Source: Candidatus Hydrogenedentota bacterium (lineage in GTDB: Bacteria > Hydrogenedentota > Hydrogenedentia > Hydrogenedentales > SLHB01). From it: 10,071 nt of DNA. The stretch lies in contig BTWA01000038.1 of the NCBI GenBank assembly GCA_045863295.1, positions 48,327 to 58,397 of the forward strand. Direction: 5' to 3'. The notes beneath the pieces were generated by a model. It was not told the origin of the DNA, did not search any database, and saw only the letters and a list, made by a program, of their open reading frames with translations. The position numbers and the translations under genes were made by a program. This document shows, piece by piece, positions 4,842 to 10,071 of this stretch (position 1 is its first letter; each line of letters opens with the position of its first letter).

Positions 4842-7800
4842 CTATCTTGCGCCATGCGTTCGCGACTTGGCAATGAGGAGTGCGGCCATCAGCACGAAGA
4901 CTCCCAGTGCGCCGAGTGTCTGGGGAAGTGGCAGACCGGAGGGCGCGATTTCCGATCCGTCTCCAGCCAACTTCACTTGCGGCACCACCGAAAAGTACCC
5001 TCCGTGATACAACGTCATTGCCCAGTAATCTCCCGATTCGTCGTAAATGCGCTCGGGGTCACCGGCGAGCAGACCGGCCACGCTTTGGGCGGGGTACCAG
5101 CCTGGTCTGTCGCCCCCGGCCACAAAATACACAAGCACAGTGTCCGGATCGCCAACCGGGATGGGATAGATCGTGGGACTGGTTGCGGGTACGGGCACAT
5201 CTACCAATGTGATGTCCTGCATTCCGTCCAGCGCGGGTACACTGGCCGCAGCCTGCGGGTCGATGTCAAAGTACATTGTGGGCAGCGTCGTATCCGGTCC
5301 ATCTCGATGCGGAACCATCAACGTGACCTCGATGGTAGCGCCGTCAGGCCAACGGCTGGATGGCTTCACTACATACCAGCCGTCTTTGCCGTCGCCACCG
5401 GGCACCGGCACAAATTCAGTCGTGTACTCAGAATCCTTCACGCCCGCAACATTTGCTGCGATACCGGCCACATCAATGATCCACTCAGATCGAACCCGCA
5501 CCGAGAGTGCGTCTTGGGGTCTGGCCATGCGCCGGTTGGCCCCGGCCGGAATGGACGGCAACGCCGTTTCGAACGGCGTCAATCCGGCATCTTCGCTCTT
5601 GGCAACCGGACCGCGGTACCCTGTATCCCCGCCGCCCCAACTGCTTTGGAGGTTTCCCGGCGCCAGCGCCTGAATCCAATAGGTATAGACAACCGGCGTA
5701 ATAATCTGGGTCGTTTGCGGGGGACAACCGCCGCTGCTTTGGTTGGTTACGGCGGGCGCTGCCGCACCCATGTGATTTGCGACCAGATCCGCCGTGACAC
5801 CCAGTTCAGTCGCGCCGGTTTGTTGCCCCGTCGTTGAATAGAACACCCGGTACATGGTGGCGCCCGGCACCCCGCTCCACGTGATCTGCACCCGGTCGTT
5901 GAAGGTTCCATCCGACGCTTGCACATTCTGCGGTGTATCCAATTGTGCCCTCTGATACGTACCGCCCGTTGGCGAGTTGACGCCCGTCGATACCGTCACA
6001 TTCGCCGCACCCGGCGTTATCCACCCGTTGATGGGTTTGAAAGTGACTATGCGAGAACCCGGCGGTGCCGAAACCGTCGCACCGCTGTTGTTCCACGCCC
6101 CGCCGTCGATACACCATTGCGCCCCCGCGTTGCGCGCCTCCGCCGGCTCAAGGGTGCACTGGATGGAACCGGGTCCCGGCTGGTAGGTGCGAGTAATCGG
6201 CGAAGTCTGATTGGCAATGACCGTTACTGATTCCAGCGGTGGTTCGACCCATCCCGAAATAGTCTTGAACGACACATCATGCTGGCCTGGAGCCAGATTG
6301 GCCGCAATGTCGCCGCTGTTACGCCACGAGGCGTCCGTGGACAGTTTCCACTGTGCTCCGGCCGTCACCGCGGCCGGAGGGGCAAGAAAGACCTGGATAT
6401 CGCCCGTGGTGCGCTGAAGCGTGATTACCTTATCGAAAGGAATATTAGCGATTGCCCCGAGAGACGCATCCGAAGGTGCAAGAGAATAACCCGGCGCGCT
6501 TGCAGTTAACGTGTATTGACCAGAGTACCAATCCAGATTGAGAATGCCGTCCGGGCCCAATTGCTTGCCGAGTACTCTCTTGGCCGTCTCCCCTCCCAAT
6601 GGATCTAGACTCAACGTGACATTGGGTACAGGGGTTCCACCATACACGAACCGCAATAGAATCTTGGTGTCAATCGTGACGCCGGTTTCGCCCCAGACGA
6701 AGAGTTTGTATTCGCTGCCCTCCCCATGACCACTGGTCGCGTGACTTACTTTGATGAAATACCGCCCGTCATGCAGTATGATCATCGCCAGTCGGCTCGA
6801 CTTGTCGCCCAATTTGCGATTATCGTTAGAATCCAGCGGTGTCTGATTGTTCTCCTCAAAGATTTCGATCAAGGTATCGCAAGTCAGCCCCAACTCAATG
6901 GTTTCAATCGTGAGTATGTCTCCTGCTGCGGCATCGAAGAAAGCCCAATCCACATCGGATAGGACGTGAAAATTGTGGAAACTCACGGGTACTTCATTGA
7001 TGTGAATGCGTTTGGCACTGTCGCGCATGTTGTCTTCTTCAAAAATATCCGGTTGGATACCGGTGGGACTGGGTTTTCGCACGAGTGTCTGAGCCGGGGC
7101 AGAGGAAACTCCACGAAGATCGATCGCCGAAATACTGATAGGATAGTTTCCAAAAGCCTCAAACCCATTGTAAGTTGCCTCATACCGTCCATTGCCCATG
7201 TCCTGTAGCAGTATCTCTACGGGATCGCCTCCGGCAGGCGGTGTTATGAGGCCTACCACACCGTCTGGCAACAGGGTCAACAGCGTGGAAACGTTCTCAA
7301 TCCATATCGTGGCCGACGTATCGTTCTCGCCCAGCGTTTGTTCACCGACAATGGTGCCAATCAGCGGCTCGTCGCCGGCTAAGCCGATTCCTGTGCCGAT
7401 GCTGTATTGAAGCGCAAAATTTCCGTCCTGCGAAGGATTAAAAAATCCGTCGCCGTTATCGTCGATTTCGGCTTTCTGTCCAGTGGCAAAGCGCATGCTT
7501 TCCCTGGCCGAACTATACGCCTCCCCAACGCTCGCACCGAGGGCTGTCTCCACCCAGAAGAACCGGGAAAAACTAATCACTCCACCATTAACAAAACCGG
7601 CTTCTTGTCCCGCCCCAGTGCTTGCGACAAGAATTCGGGGCTCGCCTGAAGTTGGCACGAGCGACGGAATCATGCTGCCCGATGCCGTACTGTCGACGAT
7701 CAACGAAACAAGACCAGGAATATTTGCTTGCGCCGTGTCTAGCCAACCGTCCACGTCCGGCCAGGGAAGTACTTCCGAAGCGTTTGGTTGAAAAGTCCCG

Positions 7801-10071
7801 AGCCCCCCAGGACCAATGAACACTACGGTCAAATCACGTGTGTTCGTTACACCCCAGTCGGTAATGACGTTTTCAATGCTGGCAAGGGTTGGTTCGAAAC
7901 CCGGGTTTGAATGGGAAAGCATTCTTATATCAGCAGGCGTATACGATTGAATGAGCAATGCCGACTCAACCCATGCCGCTGCCCAATCGTACGCCGCCCA
8001 CTGAGGCGAAGCGGGGTCACCGCCAGTCACAATGATCGCTTTGCGGCTCGGCGGTGATCCGACGGTCACCGTCGTCCTGCGTGGACCTGCGATGCTGCCA
8101 TTGCCATCCTCTACGAAAACGTCGACTGTGTAGATACCTGGTTGCACAAACTCGTCATAAGTTCCCTCGTAGCGTTCGCCACCCACGGGAAGCATCTCAA
8201 CGGTGGCACGATTGATCACCGCCATCGTTGATGCCGCGGGCACGTACGTCGGCGGCGTCACAATGCCCCATACCCTCTCGATGCCCACATGTGCCGGATC
8301 GGACACTACATTCTCGGCCCAGATCGTCGCGCCGTTCACGCCGCTGTTCGCATTGCCTGGTGGGTCAGACTGAGGTTTCTGGATGTACTGTGAATTGCCA
8401 TGGCCGATGAGAAGTCCTTGAGCCGTTGTACGGTCGGAAACTTCGTTCGGCATGCCGTTGCCGTCAGCTTCGATGAGCGACGTCTGGCTAGTAAACCCGA
8501 GGCCATTTTCCGCAACCGCAAACGCATCGCCTACGGATTTGCCGTTCAGAATCTCCGGCCAGAAGAAGCTGGAAAAGGACAATTGCCCACTCAATACGAA
8601 GTGCGCCTCCTGACCTACAGAAGTACTGGTAATCACAATGCGACCCGGAGCGGAAATCTGATCCAAAAAGGTGCCCGATTCACACGCATCATAGACGACC
8701 ACCAGATTGCCTTGGATGTCGGTCTGCCATCCGTTCAATAGCGCCGCGAGGTCGGCTTCTTCCAAGATTTCGCCATTCCTGTCAAGCCGGAAATTGCCGT
8801 CCCCTCCATGATCCACCAGATAGACGACCAGATCGTCAACGGGCTCACCAGCGAAGATCCAAATGTGCAGCAAACTAAGTTCGTTATTTGTTGCACCAAA
8901 AGTTACATCAGAGTAAATATCAAGGTCTAGATTTGCGGGTGAGGCACCTAGAACGTAGATATTGCTTTCCGCGTATCCTTGCAGCGTCAACGCCCAGTAA
9001 GCCAGGCTGGCCGATGACACAGTAGCCGGCCAAAGCCGATTGTCTGGATAGGCGCCGCCGCCCAGTAAAATGATGGCCTTTGATTCCGCTTCAGAGATAA
9101 CCGGCTCTAAAGGAACATACTTCTCGATACGGCTGTTAAACGAATCTGAAATGTACACCGATCCGTTGGGAGCAATGGCAATTCCAGAACGATCGTTGAC
9201 AAACGGATGATAGCCAAGTGTGTACCATTCATTCAGGTAGACACCGTTGCCATCGAACTTCTGTATGCGATAGCCTCCATCCACGACATATACAAAGCCT
9301 TCGGAATCAATGGCCAAACTATGCTTGTCACCATATTGGGACTCATCGTCGCCACCCCATCGGGAAAGGTATACACCGTTTTCGTCAAACTTCTGGATCC
9401 GGTGGTTGTTCATATCCGCCGCGTAGACGGAGCCATCCGCGCCTACCGATACGTCACTGAGAATATCAAACTGACCGTTGCTAGTGCCAAAGCTTCCCCA
9501 TTGCCTTAAATAAACTCCATTCTCATCAAACTTCTGGATCCGGTGGTTGCTCATATCCGCCACGTAGACAGATCCATCTGCACCTACCGATACGCCGTAA
9601 GGGGAACCAAACTGGCCGTCGCCGGATCCTGGGCTTCCCCACTGAGCCGTATAGCCTCCGTTCGCATCAAACTTTTGGACACGATAATTGCCTCTGTCCG
9701 CCACGTAAACGGAACCGTCCGGGCCAATCGAAACATCGTAAGGATCATTAAACTGGCCATTTCCGCTTCCCAGACTGCCCCATTGGATTTCAAGTACCCC
9801 ATTTGAGTCGAACCTCTGGATGCGGTTGTTGCCCGTATCGGCTACGTACACGGTTCCAGATGAATTGACCGCAACGCCGGCAGGAGAGGCCAACTGATCT
9901 TTGTTATCACCCCACTGGGCTTGATACACGCCGTTCGAATCGAATTTCTGAATGCGGCGGTTGAGCGTGTCTGCCACGCAAACTGAGCTGTTTGCACCTG
10001 CCGAGATGCCCATGGGATAACTGAACTGACCAATGCCGATTCCGGGAGTACCCCACTGGGATAGGTATACG
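4842..10071 (-). CDS. Large surface protein: NHL repeats + C13/legumain-like cysteine peptidase + inactive duplicate + PPC/Ig/FN3-like modules + C-terminal TM anchor (5' partial)
   Basis: The 1723-aa ORF stays open upstream of ATG 10013 to the edge (VYLSQWGTPGIGIGQFSYP-MGIS..., a continuing NHL repeat), so the true start is outside the window. Peptidase motifs LVVYLVDHGG and VVYDACESG; PPC-like DVDWAFFDAAAGDILTIET...DTLIEIF; C-terminal LGALGVFVLMAALLIAKSRTHGAR. Confidence 0.93.
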   Translation of the reverse strand, partial: VYLSQWGTPGIGIGQFSYPMGISAGANSSVCVADTLNRRIQKFDSNGVYQAQWGDNKDQLASPAGVAVNSSGTVYVADTGNNRIQRFDSNGVLEIQWGSLGSGNGQFNDPYDVSIGPDGSVYVADRGNYRVQKFDANGGYTAQWGSPGSGDGQFGSPYGVSVGADGSVYVADMSNHRIQKFDENGVYLRQWGSFGTSNGQFDILSDVSVGADGSVYAADMNNHRIQKFDENGVYLSRWGGDDESQYGDKHSLAIDSEGFVYVVDGGYRIQKFDGNGVYLNEWYTLGYHPFVNDRSGIAIAPNGSVYISDSFNSRIEKYVPLEPVISEAESKAIILLGGGAYPDNRLWPATVSSASLAYWALTLQGYAESNIYVLGASPANLDLDIYSDVTFGATNNELSLLHIWIFAGEPVDDLVVYLVDHGGDGNFRLDRNGEILEEADLAALLNGWQTDIQGNLVVVYDACESGTFLDQISAPGRIVITSTSVGQEAHFVLSGQLSFSSFFWPEILNGKSVGDAFAVAENGLGFTSQTSLIEADGNGMPNEVSDRTTAQGLLIGHGNSQYIQKPQSDPPGNANSGVNGATIWAENVVSDPAHVGIERVWGIVTPPTYVPAASTMAVINRATVEMLPVGGERYEGTYDEFVQPGIYTVDVFVEDGNGSIAGPRRTTVTVGSPPSRKAIIVTGGDPASPQWAAYDWAAAWVESALLIQSYTPADIRMLSHSNPGFEPTLASIENVITDWGVTNTRDLTVVFIGPGGLGTFQPNASEVLPWPDVDGWLDTAQANIPGLVSLIVDSTASGSMIPSLVPTSGEPRILVASTGAGQEAGFVNGGVISFSRFFWVETALGASVGEAYSSARESMRFATGQKAEIDDNGDGFFNPSQDGNFALQYSIGTGIGLAGDEPLIGTIVGEQTLGENDTSATIWIENVSTLLTLLPDGVVGLITPPAGGDPVEILLQDMGNGRYEATYNGFEAFGNYPISISAIDLRGVSSAPAQTLVRKPSPTGIQPDIFEEDNMRDSAKRIHINEVPVSFHNFHVLSDVDWAFFDAAAGDILTIETIELGLTCDTLIEIFEENNQTPLDSNDNRKLGDKSSRLAMIILHDGRYFIKVSHATSGHGEGSEYKLFVWGETGVTIDTKILLRFVYGGTPVPNVTLSLDPLGGETAKRVLGKQLGPDGILNLDWYSGQYTLTASAPGYSLAPSDASLGAIANIPFDKVITLQRTTGDIQVFLAPPAAVTAGAQWKLSTDASWRNSGDIAANLAPGQHDVSFKTISGWVEPPLESVTVIANQTSPITRTYQPGPGSIQCTLEPAEARNAGAQWCIDGGAWNNSGATVSAPPGSRIVTFKPINGWITPGAANVTVSTGVNSPTGGTYQRAQLDTPQNVQASDGTFNDRVQITWSGVPGATMYRVFYSTTGQQTGATELGVTADLVANHMGAAAPAVTNQSSGGCPPQTTQIITPVVYTYWIQALAPGNLQSSWGGGDTGYRGPVAKSEDAGLTPFETALPSIPAGANRRMARPQDALSVRVRSEWIIDVAGIAANVAGVKDSEYTTEFVPVPGGDGKDGWYVVKPSSRWPDGATIEVTLMVPHRDGPDTTLPTMYFDIDPQAAASVPALDGMQDITLVDVPVPATSPTIYPIPVGDPDTVLVYFVAGGDRPGWYPAQSVAGLLAGDPERIYDESGDYWAMTLYHGGYFSVVPQVKLAGDGSEIAPSGLPLPQTLGALGVFVLMAALLIAKSRTHGAR
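9110..10071 (-). repeat. Intragenic NHL repeat array (about 47 aa / 141 nt period, at least 7 blades visible)
   Basis: Repeated P.GV.V..DGSVYVAD..N.RIQKFD.NG.Y..QWG..G...GQF units. DNA-level near-identity between 9385-9453 and 9526-9594. Confidence 0.9.

Noticed and set aside
4782..5837. 351-aa plus-strand ORF and the other antisense or alternate-frame ORFs within 3403-10071
   Set aside because: They overlap well-supported minus-strand genes; typical GC-rich shadow ORFs with no domain motifs.
10011..10013. ATG 10013 as start of the large protein
   Set aside because: It is an internal Met within an NHL blade; the frame is open to the window edge and there is no RBS or signal peptide.

Overview
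All credible genes lie on the minus strand. Reading from the right edge: (1) the 3' part of a very large, probably surface-anchored protein (>1740 aa, open at the window edge). It has NHL beta-propeller repeats, a legumain/caspase-like (clan CD, C13-like) peptidase domain with an intact His-Cys dyad, a second catalytically dead copy of that domain, PPC/Ig/FN3-like modules and a C-terminal TM anchor. (2) A secreted DUF1080 (3-keto-disaccharide hydrolase-like) + LamG protein. (3) A single-domain response regulator preceded by a candidate sigma54 promoter with IHF-like and UAS-like sites. (4) A ~1.4 kb non-coding interval with a conspicuous structured-RNA candidate: three consecutive hairpins with unrelated stems but the identical hexaloop UGGGGG, ending in an intrinsic terminator, preceded by a 188-nt multi-conformation inverted-repeat element. 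(5) A FixL-type heme-PAS + GAF-like + HisKA sensor kinase running off the left edge, which the ORF track missed. The most novel-looking signal is the UGGGGG triple-hairpin RNA between the response regulator and the putative O2-sensing kinase, whose own leader carries GGGGG motifs. All assignments come from manual reading; no searches were run.
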